This document shows positions 18,283 to 28,281 of a stretch of 56,068 bases of DNA, one piece after another (position 1 is the first letter of the stretch; every line of letters starts with the position of its first letter). The stretch covers positions 1-56,068 of the forward strand of contig CAWIEK010000071.1 in the NCBI GenBank assembly GCA_963835065.1, given 5' to 3'. Source of the stretch: an uncultured Chthonomonadaceae bacterium (lineage in GTDB: Bacteria > Armatimonadota > Chthonomonadetes > Chthonomonadales > Chthonomonadaceae). Both the position numbers and the translations under genes were made by a program. The notes under the pieces were generated by a model. It was not told the DNA's origin. It saw nothing but the letters and a program-made list of their open reading frames with translations, and searched no databases.

Positions 18283-19407
18283 TTATTTCGCGTGTTTTAG
18301 TTCCACCAGTACGTCGCGCAAGGCGGCGAGGAAAACGGCGTTTTCGTCGGGTGTGCCGATGGTGACGCGGATATGGGTGGGGGCGCGGAAACTGTCGCTG
18401 ACGCGGACGATTACGCCCCGATGCAGCAATCCCTGAAACACGGCTTTCGCGTCTGTTTTCACATCCACCCACACGAAATTGGCATACGTGGGCGTGGCGC
18501 TCAGGCCGAGTTCCGTAAAGGCCGCGTACAAATCGCATTTGCCCTGCGCGTTCATGGCAAGGGTACGCGCTATGTGTTCCGTATCCGATAGAGCGGCAAC
18601 AGCCGCCGCCTGCGCCATATAGTTGACGTTGAACGGCTCGCGCGTTCGGTTCAGCCAGCCGGCGATTTCGGGCCGCATCACGCCGTACCCGATCCGATGC
18701 CCTGCCAACCCGTAGGCTTTGGAAAACGTGCGCAGCACGACCACATTACGCCCGTCTCGCACATACGCCAGCGCGTCCGGGTACTCCGGCGCGTGGGCGG
18801 CGTACTCGTAATAGGCTTCATCCAGAACCACAACAACCTGCGGCGGAATGGAATCCAGAAACCGCGCCAATTCTTCCCCGCTGATAATCGTGGAAGTCGG
18901 ATTGTTGGGATTGCAAAGGAAAATCAGGCGCGTCCGGTCATTGACGCGGGCGGCCATTGCGGGCAGGTCGTGACGGTAATCCGGCGTCAGAGGCACAAGA
19001 TGGCACACGGCGTTGTTCAGAATAGCCGCCGACTCGTAGCGCACAAAACTGGGGTCGGCCTGAATGATTTCGTCGCCCGGCAGCAGCAGCGTCACGCCCA
19101 ACAGATGAATAATATCATCCGAGCCGTTGCCGAAAACAAGCGTTTCGGGCGCGACATTTAGATGCGCGGCAAGCGCCATCCGCAGTTCATGCGCGTCGGC
19201 GTCCGGGTAGATGTGCATTTTGGAAGCCAATTTCTGAACGGCTTCAATCGCCTTCGGCGCGGGGCCAAGCGAGTTTTCATTGCTTGCCAGCTTGACGACC
19301 TGCGTCAAGCCGAGTTCGCGCTTCACTTCCTCGACAGGTTTTCCGGGTTTATAGGGGATCAGCCGCGTGATGTTTTCACTCACGGGCGGTAAGGGCGTCT
19401 GCGACAT
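18283..19407 (-). CDS. hisC: Histidinol-phosphate aminotransferase
   Basis: PYKPGKP, KLASNEN, GNGSDD, CNPNNPT, DEAYYEY and RTFSKAYGLAG. Confidence 0.95.
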   Translation of the reverse strand: MSQTPLPPVSENITRLIPYKPGKPVEEVKRELGLTQVVKLASNENSLGPAPKAIEAVQKLASKMHIYPDADAHELRMALAAHLNVAPETLVFGNGSDDIIHLLGVTLLLPGDEIIQADPSFVRYESAAILNNAVCHLVPLTPDYRHDLPAMAARVNDRTRLIFLCNPNNPTSTIISGEELARFLDSIPPQVVVVLDEAYYEYAAHAPEYPDALAYVRDGRNVVVLRTFSKAYGLAGHRIGYGVMRPEIAGWLNRTREPFNVNYMAQAAAVAALSDTEHIARTLAMNAQGKCDLYAAFTELGLSATPTYANFVWVDVKTDAKAVFQGLLHRGVIVRVSDSFRAPTHIRVTIGTPDENAVFLAALRDVLVELKHAK

Positions 19408-19827
19408 TGTTTCTGCTCCTGCATCCGAGCTTGCGCGGTCTTGTAGGTTTCAAGCGCGGCTTTTTATGTACGGCTTCTTTCAAACGGGCTTCTGCTTTAC
19501 TCCGCGTAACTGCCACAGCCTGCTTCGCGCTGTGAAGCCGAACAACAGCATTATACCCGACACACCTTGTCGGCTTCCCACTCATCCGGGCGCGGAATGT
19601 CTGCTTTTCAGGCCAAAAAAGCGTGAAAATGCTCGCTGGATAAACCAATGTGATATTTTTTATGAAGAAATTTCATTTTACGAGCAGGGAAGCAGGAATA
19701 ATCGTGCCGAATATGTAATAATTGGCAGGTAGTTCCTGCATCCGTCGCCATGCTGAACCTTTTTTTCTCATGCCGATGCGGAGCGTCCATGACAACGTGA
19801 GTTTAACACCGTCGGGAGGATTTGTAA

Positions 19828-20148
19828 ATGAAGAAGTTGCTTGCATTGTTGAGCGTCGCCACTCTGATGTTCGGCGTGATGGGTACCAGCATCGCCCAGG
19901 ACAAGATGGACAAAGACAAAATGGGTGGCGACAAGATGGGCAAGATGGACAAGATGGACAAGAGCAAAATGTCCAAGGGTGGCAAAATGTCCAAGGGTGG
20001 CAAGATGACCAAGGGTGGCAAAATGTCCAAGGGCGGCAAGATGACCAAGGGCGGCAAGATGACCAAGGGCGGCAAGATGGGCGACAGCAAGATGGGCAAA
20101 GACAAAATGGGTGGCGACAAGATGGACAAGGGCGACAAGAAAATGTAG
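19828..20148 (+). CDS. Secreted Met/Lys/Gly/Asp-rich repeat protein (MXKDX-pentapeptide-like)
   Basis: GGGAGG RBS, signal peptide, DKM repeats and six KM(S/T)KGG 18-bp repeats. Confidence 0.8.
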   Translation: MKKLLALLSVATLMFGVMGTSIAQDKMDKDKMGGDKMGKMDKMDKSKMSKGGKMSKGGKMTKGGKMSKGGKMTKGGKMTKGGKMGDSKMGKDKMGGDKMDKGDKKM

Positions 20149-20204
20149 TCCCTGCCGTTTTGTTGACGCTTACGCGCTTGCTCGCGCTCTTAGCGAAAAC
20201 AAAC

Positions 20205-20241
20205 AAACGCCCGCTGCCTGAACCAGGCGGCGGGCGTCTTT
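20205..20241. terminator. Probable bidirectional intrinsic terminator
   Basis: acgcccgctgcctg-aac-caggcggcgggcgt hairpin with A/T-rich flanks between convergent genes. Confidence 0.65.
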
Positions 20242-20286
20242 GGTAACGATGAGTGATGAATGATGAATGATGAATAGAATTCTTAT

Positions 20287-21478
20287 TCATCCTGCAAACA
20301 AATCATCAATCAGTCGGTAGCCTTCCGGCAGGCGGGTGCGGGCTTCGTGCAGGGCGCGCTCGTCGTAGGGCAGGCTGCCGCCCGAACGCAGGGCGCGGCG
20401 CGAGTCGTGCAGCAGGAACGGAACCGGGCCGACTGTGTGGCCGCGTTTGGCGACGGGCGTTTTGTGATCGGGCGCGATCAGCAGCCGGAAATCGTCCCGC
20501 TTGCGCATCTGCTCCAGCAGCGTACCGATAACCGATTTGTCTATATTTTCGATGGCGCGGATTTTCTCGTCAATGCTGCCCGCGTGTCCGGCTTCGTCCG
20601 GCGCTTCAATGTGTATCCACACAAAATCGTGCCGTTCCGTCGCGTCCACCGCTGCCTGCGCTTTGCCCACGTAGTTCGTATCGAAATACCCGGTCGCGCC
20701 CGGCACATTGACGATTTCCAGCCCCGTTAATTTGCCCAATCCGCGCACCACATCTACGGCGGAAATCACGGCCCCGGTCATGCCCCGCTTCTTGAAAAAC
20801 GACGGCAGTTCCGGCGTTCGTCCCGGACTCCACGGCCACAGCATGTTGGCGGGCGGTTTGCCTTCTCCCTTTGCGCTGACGATTGAAGGGCAGGTCGTCC
20901 AGCAGATTGAGCGAATCCTCGCTGAACCGGCGGATTTTGCTGTCCATGTCGCCCTGCGGATAAATTTCCGACAGCTTTTTGCCCATGCTTTCGTGCGGCG
21001 GATGAGTCTGTACTTCGGTCGGGCCGTCCGTCCAGCGCAGAATGTGCCGATATGACACGCCCGGAAACAGGCGCAGCGAACGAGTTCCTAACTTCTGGTT
21101 CGCCAGTTCGATAATCGGGCGGGCTTCTTCCGTCGTGATATGCCCGGCGCTGTAGTCGAGCAGGGTTTCGCCATCCGTGCTGACGAGCGAGCAGCGAAAC
21201 GCCACGTCTTTGGCGTCCAGCGGTATGCCCATCGCAGCCGCTTCAATCGGGCCGCGCCCCGTGTAATAGCGCGTGGGATCGTAGCCTAACAGCGCCATGT
21301 TTGCGGCGTCGCTGCCCGGATACATATCGAGTGGCGTCACCTGCACCGACCCGACAAGACTTGACTCCGCCAATTTGTCAAGATTGGGCGTCCGCGCCAC
21401 TTCCAGGGGCGTTTTACCGTCCAATTCGGCAAGGGGTTCGTCCGCCGCGCCGTCGGGAACAATCAGAAAGTATTTCAT
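20287..21478 (-). CDS. apgM: Cofactor-independent phosphoglycerate mutase (ApgM type), frameshift near 20868
   Basis: PDGAADEP..GKTPLEVARTPNLD, PGSDAAN, GRGPIEAA, HIEAPDEAGH and PDHKTP. Confidence 0.9.
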
Positions 21479-22107
21479 CGCTTCTTGCTCCCCGACTGCT
21501 TGCCGCTTTCCGGCGCGGACGATGCGAGCGGCTGTGCCTGCTTTTCTTCATACGCTTCCAGAGCATCCAATTCCTGAATCAGCCGTCCGGCATCCCCCGC
21601 CGTGATGCGCCCGTTTTGGATCATTTGCAGGATTTGCCGCCGCGCTTCAAACCGCTTGTCTTCGGCGGGCGCGATTTCCGGCTTGTCGTCTTCTTTGGGC
21701 TTTTTGCCGCCCTTGATGGCCGTTTTCAGCGTGTCGCGCACCTCGTCGTACTTGTTCTGCGCCATGATCTTCGCGCCTGCTACCGACTCTTTCACGACCT
21801 TTTTGGTATGCTGCTTGACAGCCTCGCCCACCATTCTGCCGATCATGGGCATCAGGCTGGACGGCACTTCAATGGTGCGCTCCGAGCCGTCCGCGCTGGG
21901 AATGGTGATTTTCTCCATCGCGGGCTTCGCTTTTTCCGCTTTTTCGGTTTTCTCTTTGTTGGCTTCCACTTTGGTTTTGGCCGTCGCCTGCGCTTTGGCG
22001 TCTTCCTCCTCTTCGGTCAGTTTGGCGAGGAGTTTGGCGGCTTCTTCCGGGCGCAGCGTACCGTCCGCCACCATCTTCATAATGCTGTCACGGTTGGCGT
22101 CGTTCAT
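21475..22107 (-). CDS. Protein with N- and C-terminal SHOCT-like helices
   Basis: IMKMVADGTLRPEEAAKLL and RRQILQMIQNGRITAGDAGRLI. Confidence 0.75.
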   Translation of the reverse strand: MNDANRDSIMKMVADGTLRPEEAAKLLAKLTEEEEDAKAQATAKTKVEANKEKTEKAEKAKPAMEKITIPSADGSERTIEVPSSLMPMIGRMVGEAVKQHTKKVVKESVAGAKIMAQNKYDEVRDTLKTAIKGGKKPKEDDKPEIAPAEDKRFEARRQILQMIQNGRITAGDAGRLIQELDALEAYEEKQAQPLASSAPESGKQSGSKKR

Positions 22108-22242
22108 GGGGTCACTCCGTTCCAGGCATTAGGCATTAGGCATCAGGCATTAGAGGGGATGCCGGTTCATAGCGCATGATTTCTCATTGTTTGAAGCAAG
22201 CGCTTTGCTCCTGTCTCCTGGCTAATGCCTAATGCCTAATGC

Positions 22243-23703
22243 CTAATGCCTAACAATGTTCACATCGCCCGAAATCGTCTGCACGTTGAGCGTTCCCGCG
22301 CCGGTTCCGATGGTTCCGGTGTACAGGGTTTCACCGGCGTTGACGTCCTGCGCCTCGAAGTCGGTTTTCAGGTCGCCGGAGGTGGTTGCGAGGGACAGAC
22401 GGACGTTGCTGCCTTCCATCAGGCCGATGGTCACGTCGCCGGAAACCGTGTTGACCTGCATGGCGCTGGAAAACGCTTCTTTTAGTTTCAGGGTCACATC
22501 GCCGCTGACGGTCTGCGCCTGCAAGCGGGTGGCAACCAAGGTTTTCCGCCTTAACATCGCCGGACACGGCTTTGATGGACAGGCTGCCGCCGGCATCGAG
22601 GAGGGTGGCGTTGCCGCTCACGGATTCGACGACGATATCAACCGGACTCTGCTGCCCCGCTCGCTCCACAACCGCATCGCCCGACACGGACTTGCACTCC
22701 ACGCGCCCGCCTTCGATGCCCGGTCGCTTTCACGTCGCCACTGGCGGCATTGGCGGTCAGTCCACGCCGGATGTCGTCGGCGGTAATGTCGCCGGACTGT
22801 GACGCGACAGTGGCGGAGCCGGCAATCCGCTCCACTTTCAGGTCGCCATTGGCGGTTTCACCCCGCGCATCGCCGTTCAGGTCGTGCAGATGCAGCAGGC
22901 CGCTTGTGGTCACGCCTTCCGCCAAGCCCGTCCAGTTCCGTCAATTCGACGGTTCCATAATGGCTGTTGACGCGGACATTGGCGGCATTGCGCGGAACCC
23001 GCAGTTCCAAATCCACCGTGCCTTCGCGGAACGTATCGGGCGCGGATACTTTGATGTCCAGGCGCGCGTCCGTGCCGTGCAGGTTAATTTCCATTTGCGC
23101 GGCGGCGGTTTTGGCCTCGTCTTCCGTCGTGCCCCAGGACGCTTTGCTGATCGTGACCGACGCGGTTCCTTCCGCAATCCCGATGACTTTCACGTTGCCC
23201 AACGGGTTTTCGACGTACACTTTCGCGCCGGGTTCCAGATGGAATTCCTGATCCACGCTTTCGCTGTGGTGCGGCAAATCCATGCTGTTGGCGGGCCGTC
23301 CGCCCTCGCCGTCCGACCAGGCGCGGACGCGGGACGTAACCGAGGTACTCCAATTCGCCCCGGCTTTGGACGCCTTGCGCAGTTCGTCCTGCACCCGCTT
23401 GACGATCTTTTCGGGCTGTACGCGAGCGACGGCTTTGGAAATGCGGTCGCCCAGATTGTTGAGTTCGATCTTGGGCGGTTTGATGTCCTTAAATTTGTCG
23501 AACGGCAGGCTGTCGAACAGCGACTTGTCTTCTTTTTCCGGCTTGTCTTTGCCCCCTTCCGCACTTGCGGCTTCGGCAGACGCGGCAGACGCGGCGGATT
23601 CCGGCGACTCGCCCCGCAGCGCGGCAATCAGGGTTTCCGCTTCCTGCGCGCTGATTTTCCCATCCTGCAGCATTTGCAGGACACTCATCACGTTTTCGTC
23701 CAT
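22243..23703 (-). CDS. SHOCT-like plus DUF4097 (Toastrack) beta-repeat protein, several frameshifts between 22530 and 22930
   Basis: VLQMLQDGKISAQEAETLI at the N-terminus; repeated (T/S)xSGD(V/I) strands spread over four track ORFs. Confidence 0.8.
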
Positions 23704-23789
23704 AGTAAGTTCCTTTTTAGGCATTAGGCATCAGGCATTAGGCATTAGATACAGAAGAAGCTGAGTTTGAAAGCGTACTCTTCTAATGC

Positions 23790-24209
23790 CTAATGCCTTC
23801 CCCGCAGCAGTTCGGCGGCTTCTTCGGCGTTGATGTCGCCGCCCGCCAGGGCTTCCAGAATGTTGCGGCGCTGCTGCCGCAGTTCCGGGTCGGTGTCGTT
23901 TTCTTCCGATAGTTCGGGGCTGGAATCAGCGTTGCTATCACTATTGGGGCTGAACCCAAGCGCATTGAGCGCGGCTGACAGTTTATTGCGCACAGTCGGG
24001 TACGAGAGGCCGAGTTGTTTTTCCACGCGGCTCAGGTTGCCCTCGCAGCGCAGGAACAATTCGATGAAGGCCAGGTGTTCGGGCGCAAGACGGCAAAAGC
24101 GGCAGGTGTCGAACGCGCTGCGCACCTGTGTTTTGCAGCGCAGGCACGTCAATTCCGTCACTTTCAGCGCGGCCTCACAGACGGGGCAACGCGTTAATAT
24201 CTTCGCCAT
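23790..24209 (-). CDS. DUF2089-family Zn-ribbon/HTH regulator with SHOCT-like tail
   Basis: CPVC..CLRC, FIELFLRCEGNLSRVEKQLGLSYPTVRNKL and ILEALAGGDINAEEAAELL. Confidence 0.88.
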   Translation of the reverse strand: MAKILTRCPVCEAALKVTELTCLRCKTQVRSAFDTCRFCRLAPEHLAFIELFLRCEGNLSRVEKQLGLSYPTVRNKLSAALNALGFSPNSDSNADSSPELSEENDTDPELRQQRRNILEALAGGDINAEEAAELLRGRH

Positions 24210-24221
24210 TGGTTTGAACTA

Positions 24222-24326
24222 CCTCACCCCAACCCCTCTCCTGGCCGCTCGTTCCTCGCTAGGAGAGGGGCTATTTTGTTGCAATCCTCTCCTGGCCGCG
24301 TTCCCTCCAGGAGAGGGGCTATTTTG
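24222..24326. repeat. Two tandem REP-like hairpins (CCTCTCCT...AGGAGAGGGG-CTATTTTG)
   Basis: The palindromic unit is directly repeated upstream of the DUF2089 gene. Confidence 0.65.
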
Positions 24327-24426
24327 TGTTTTTCCGTAAAGGATATGTCGGAGTTCTAACTTGAATACTTCAAAATCTCTAAAGATGGTTTCAGAATTAT
24401 TAAGGAAAGTTCAGGTTTGGTGAACT

Positions 24427-25500
24427 TTATTTCAGGGCAGGGTCGTTTAGAGGCTTGAATATGGGACCGCCGCTTGAGGTTTGGGTTGGGACGGCAGGCG
24501 GGGCGGGATGGGGAGGCGTTGTTACAGAGGGTGAGTTTGCAGGGGAGGCTTGCGGCGCTGCTGTTTGCTTGTCCGGCGAGGACGAATCAGGCGCAGAAGT
24601 CGCGGGGGCAGGCGAGGCAGGCGCAGACGAGGGCGGTGGCGGCAGAAGATTTATTTCTTTGCGGGCGTCGGCATCCTGTGGGTCATACACGAGGGCGATT
24701 TCCAGCGCGTGACGGGCTTCTTCAATCTGTCCTGCCGCATGGCAGGCCACGCCCAAATGGGTGTAGATGATTTTCTGTACGCCCGCCGGTCCGTCCGGCG
24801 GCAAATCGTCAATGGCCTGCCGGAGCGCGTCGGCGGCATGAGCATAATCCTCGGCATGGAAGCGCCCGCGCTTGTACAGCGCCCATCCATAACTGTCTTC
24901 GGTTTGCGCCAGCATTTCCGGCGAAACCCCTGCCTGATCATGCAGAATGGACAGAGCGCGATTGAGATAGCCAATGGCGATATTGGCTTCCGCTTCCGTT
25001 TGAACGTTTTCGGCAAGCGTGTAGCCCAGGCTGTTCAGCGCGGTAGGATCGTCAGGCGCGAGTTCGAGGGCGCGGCGGGCATATTCCGTTGCGCGGGGCT
25101 GCGGGGCCGGTTCATGCCCGCTCGAATAGCACTCCGATAGTTTTTCATACAATCCGACGCGGGCAGGCGTGGGCGCATAACGGCAGGCTTGTATCGCCCG
25201 CTCGCCGTAATAACAGGCCAAATCCATGCGCCCAACACTGCCACACGCTTCCATCACTGCAATATACAGCGCGGGTGAGTCGGGACTTGTCGCCAGCAGT
25301 TTTTCAAATTTCTGCCGCGCCTGCTCTACATTTTTGGCTTGCAGGGAAGTCACTGCCGCGCTTATTTCAGGAAGCGCGACGGGCTTCTGCGCCGCGCGCA
25401 TCTGCCATCCCCACAAACTCGCCGCAAGAAGTATGCTCACCAGTGGCAGCAACAGCGACAGTATAGATATTTGCTTGGGCGCGGAAGGCGGCTCTTCCAT
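24427..25500 (-). CDS. Membrane-anchored TPR protein with Pro/Ser-rich tail
   Basis: N-terminal TM helix, ALELAPDDPTALNSLGYTLAE and DSYGWALYK. Confidence 0.8.
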   Translation of the reverse strand: MEEPPSAPKQISILSLLLPLVSILLAASLWGWQMRAAQKPVALPEISAAVTSLQAKNVEQARQKFEKLLATSPDSPALYIAVMEACGSVGRMDLACYYGERAIQACRYAPTPARVGLYEKLSECYSSGHEPAPQPRATEYARRALELAPDDPTALNSLGYTLAENVQTEAEANIAIGYLNRALSILHDQAGVSPEMLAQTEDSYGWALYKRGRFHAEDYAHAADALRQAIDDLPPDGPAGVQKIIYTHLGVACHAAGQIEEARHALEIALVYDPQDADARKEINLLPPPPSSAPASPAPATSAPDSSSPDKQTAAPQASPANSPSVTTPPHPAPPAVPTQTSSGGPIFKPLNDPALK

Positions 25501-25616
25501 TATAGATAGTCCTTAAAGGTGTCAGGGACAGTGATGAATGATGAGTGATGAGTGATGAATTGGATGCACACTCATCATTCATCATTCATCACTCATCATT
25601 GTTCTCTTCTTTTCTT

Positions 25617-26303
25617 CTACACATGGCGGGTCAGCAGCAAAAAGCCTGCCGCGTTGTTGATGGCGTGCATTCCGATGGGAACCCATAGCGAACCGGTACG
25701 GATGTATGCGACAGCGAACGCAACGCCCATAACAAACAGAGGCAGCAGGGCTAAGGGACTGCCATGTACGAGCGCGAACAGCAGGGCGCTCAGGGCAATC
25801 GAAACGCTCGTTTCTGAACGCAGCCGCTCTTGCAGCGCATGGAAAATCAGGCCGCGAAACAGCATCTCCTCGCCGATAGGAGCCACAACCGAACCTACAA
25901 GGGCAAACCCGGCCATCATCCACCATGCGGGCAATTGCTGAAAGGCATGTTCGGCTCCGTAAGTCTCCGTGTACCGTTGTAAACGGTGAAACGCATCCGG
26001 CGAAATCGCCCGTTGCAGCAGCCAGACTTCCCATTCCCCAAGCCAGTATCCCACAAACGCAAGCGCAAGGCCATAACCCACCGCCAGCAAAACCTGCTGG
26101 CGCGTGGGACACGCCAGCCCGATAGACTTCCACGTTCGCCCACTTCGCCGCAGCCACCAGAGCGTGACGCCGACAAACAGCAGATTTTGCGCAATCAGCC
26201 CAAACAGCAAAATTCCAAATGCCTGACTGGACATTACGTGATTCAACATTGGATGAGCCACTGCGCTTCCCGCCCTATCCCAAAAACCGCGCCGGGTCCG
26301 CAT
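25617..26303 (-). CDS. CPBP (Abi/CAAX) intramembrane metalloprotease
   Basis: APIGEEMLFRG, FALVH and HAINN. The start is uncertain. Confidence 0.88.
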   Translation of the reverse strand: MRTRRGFWDRAGSAVAHPMLNHVMSSQAFGILLFGLIAQNLLFVGVTLWWLRRSGRTWKSIGLACPTRQQVLLAVGYGLALAFVGYWLGEWEVWLLQRAISPDAFHRLQRYTETYGAEHAFQQLPAWWMMAGFALVGSVVAPIGEEMLFRGLIFHALQERLRSETSVSIALSALLFALVHGSPLALLPLFVMGVAFAVAYIRTGSLWVPIGMHAINNAAGFLLLTRHV

Positions 26304-27156
26304 CTTCGCCCGTGCCGGTCAGTTGCAGGAAAATGTCTTCAAGAGAAGAGAGTGATGAGTGATGAGTGATGAGTGATGAGTGTGCATCCAATTCATCATT
26401 CATCATTCCGCGTTCAGCATTTCCCTGACCCCTCTCCTGTGCCATGCCGCGCAAATCTTCCAGTGTGCCCTGCGCGATAATGTGGCCTTTGTTGATGATG
26501 GCTACGCGGTCACAGAGGCGTTCGGCGATTTCCAGAATGTGCGTGGAGATGAAAACGGTTGTGCCGCGCTGCGTCATTTCGCGCAGAATGTCGCGCATGG
26601 TTCGCGCCCCGCGTGGATCGAGTCCCACTGTTGGCTCATCTAAAAAGATCACTTTGGGCGAGTGGATTAATGCTCCTGCAAGCGCAATTTTCTGCCGCAT
26701 ACCCCGCGAGTAGCCGCCGATAAGATCGTTGCCCTTGTCCTGCAAATTCAGCAGTTCCAGCAGATCGCCGATGCGCTCTTCCCGCTTTTCCTGCCCCACG
26801 CGGTACAGGTCGGCCATGAAGTGCAGAAACTCGCGCCCGGTCAATTTCTCGTACAAAAACGGATTGTCGGGAATGTAGCCCAACACGCGCCGGGCGTCCA
26901 GAGGCTGTTCATGCACATCGAACCCGCCGATGCGACAGATGCCGCCTGTAGGCCGCAGCAGACCGATGAGCATCTTAATGGTGGTGGTTTTGCCCGCGCC
27001 ATTCGGCCCCAAAAACCCGAACAGTTCCCCCGCGCCGATATTCAAATTCAGATTGTCCACAGCGGTCAAGTCGCCGAACTGCTTGGTCAAATTCTGGCAG
27101 ACAATCATGTCGTTTTGTAAAGGAATAGGGTTCATAATGGTTGATACTTCAGACAT
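26275..27156 (-). CDS. ABC transporter ATP-binding protein
   Basis: GPNGAGKTT, YSRGMRQK, LDEPTVGLDP and STH. Confidence 0.93.
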   Translation of the reverse strand: MSEVSTIMNPIPLQNDMIVCQNLTKQFGDLTAVDNLNLNIGAGELFGFLGPNGAGKTTTIKMLIGLLRPTGGICRIGGFDVHEQPLDARRVLGYIPDNPFLYEKLTGREFLHFMADLYRVGQEKREERIGDLLELLNLQDKGNDLIGGYSRGMRQKIALAGALIHSPKVIFLDEPTVGLDPRGARTMRDILREMTQRGTTVFISTHILEIAERLCDRVAIINKGHIIAQGTLEDLRGMAQERGQGNAERGMMNDELDAHSSLITHHSSLSSLEDIFLQLTGTGEDADPARFLG

Positions 27157-28006
27157 TGCCGCCTACAATGCGCTCAATGCCTGCATGGTCGGGGTAGGTT
27201 TGCACATCGGCATACCCCGCCTGTTCCAACAGGGCGCTGACCTCCTGCGCCTGTCCCTGCCCGACTTCCATCCACAGCCAGCCATTCGGCTTTAGCGCCC
27301 ATTTCGCCTGCTGTATCAAGGCGCGAAACAATGTCAATCCGTCACTGCCGCCATCCAGCGCCAGTTGCGGCTCATAACGCGCCACTTCCGGCTGCAAAGC
27401 GCTTACGTCCCTGCTTGGAATATACGGCGGATTGGACACAACAATGTCAAAACTTTCCGCGCCGACGCACGACAGCAAATCGGACTGCGCGAACCGCAGC
27501 CGCTCCAACACGCCATGACGCTGCGCGTTTCGCCGCGCCACCGCTAACGCCGCCGGGGAAATGTCAATCGCAACGGCCCGCGCCCCGACCTGCTGTTTGA
27601 GTATCGCTGCAGGAATACAGCCGCTCCCAGTTCCTACATCCGCAATCGTAACAACGCTTTGCGTTTGCAATATCTGTTCCGCTCGCTCCAATGCCAACTC
27701 CACCAGCCGTTCCGTTTCCGGGCGCGGGATCAGCACATCCGGCGTCACCTCGAACTCCAGCCCGTAAAACTCCTGCGTTCCCCGCAGATACGCCAGAGGA
27801 ACCCGCGCTTTCCGCCGCGCCACCAAGTTGTTAAACGCCTGCTCCTGCGCTTCCGTCGGCGCGGCATACGTTCCCGCCACTACGGAACTGCGCGGCACGT
27901 CCAATGCCAGCATCAGCAGCAATTGCGCTTCAAACCGCGCATTGTCCACCCCCGCCCCCGCCAACTCCCCCGCCGCCCCCGCCGCTAAATCATCCTTTGT
28001 ACTCAT
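27149..28006 (-). CDS. prmC: Release factor glutamine methyltransferase
   Basis: VLIPRPETERLVE, DVGTGSG, SNPPY and EPQLALDGG. Confidence 0.95.
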   Translation of the reverse strand: MSTKDDLAAGAAGELAGAGVDNARFEAQLLLMLALDVPRSSVVAGTYAAPTEAQEQAFNNLVARRKARVPLAYLRGTQEFYGLEFEVTPDVLIPRPETERLVELALERAEQILQTQSVVTIADVGTGSGCIPAAILKQQVGARAVAIDISPAALAVARRNAQRHGVLERLRFAQSDLLSCVGAESFDIVVSNPPYIPSRDVSALQPEVARYEPQLALDGGSDGLTLFRALIQQAKWALKPNGWLWMEVGQGQAQEVSALLEQAGYADVQTYPDHAGIERIVGGNV

Positions 28007-28040
28007 CGTTACGCAAATTCCAGCAGAGGCGAGGAGATGG

Positions 28041-28241
28041 AACCGCGAAACACGCGAACCAAACGAAAAGAAGAGGAAAAAGGAAATAGACAGGATTAAA
28101 AGGATTTTAAGGATTAAACAGGATTGCTAACAAGGCAGGTTCGGCTTGTTGTTCTTAATCCGCGTTGATCCGTTTCATCCGTGTCCTCCGTGGTTGGCAC
28201 TTTTGAATTTCTTTTTCGTTTATTTCGTGTGTTTCGCGGTT
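28041..28241. repeat. Nested 9-mer inverted-repeat element
   Basis: Outer arms 28041-28069 and 28213-28241 match 26/29 as an inverted pair; inner AGGATT-type and ATCCG-type 9-mer runs. Confidence 0.7.
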
Positions 28242-28281
28242 CCCCTCTCTTCTCTTCTTCTCTTCTTCTTTTCTTCTTTAT

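Noticed and set aside
19900..20145. CRISPR-like array
   Set aside because: These are 18-bp coding tandem repeats without unique spacers, and there are no cas genes. The heptamer arrays also lack CRISPR geometry.
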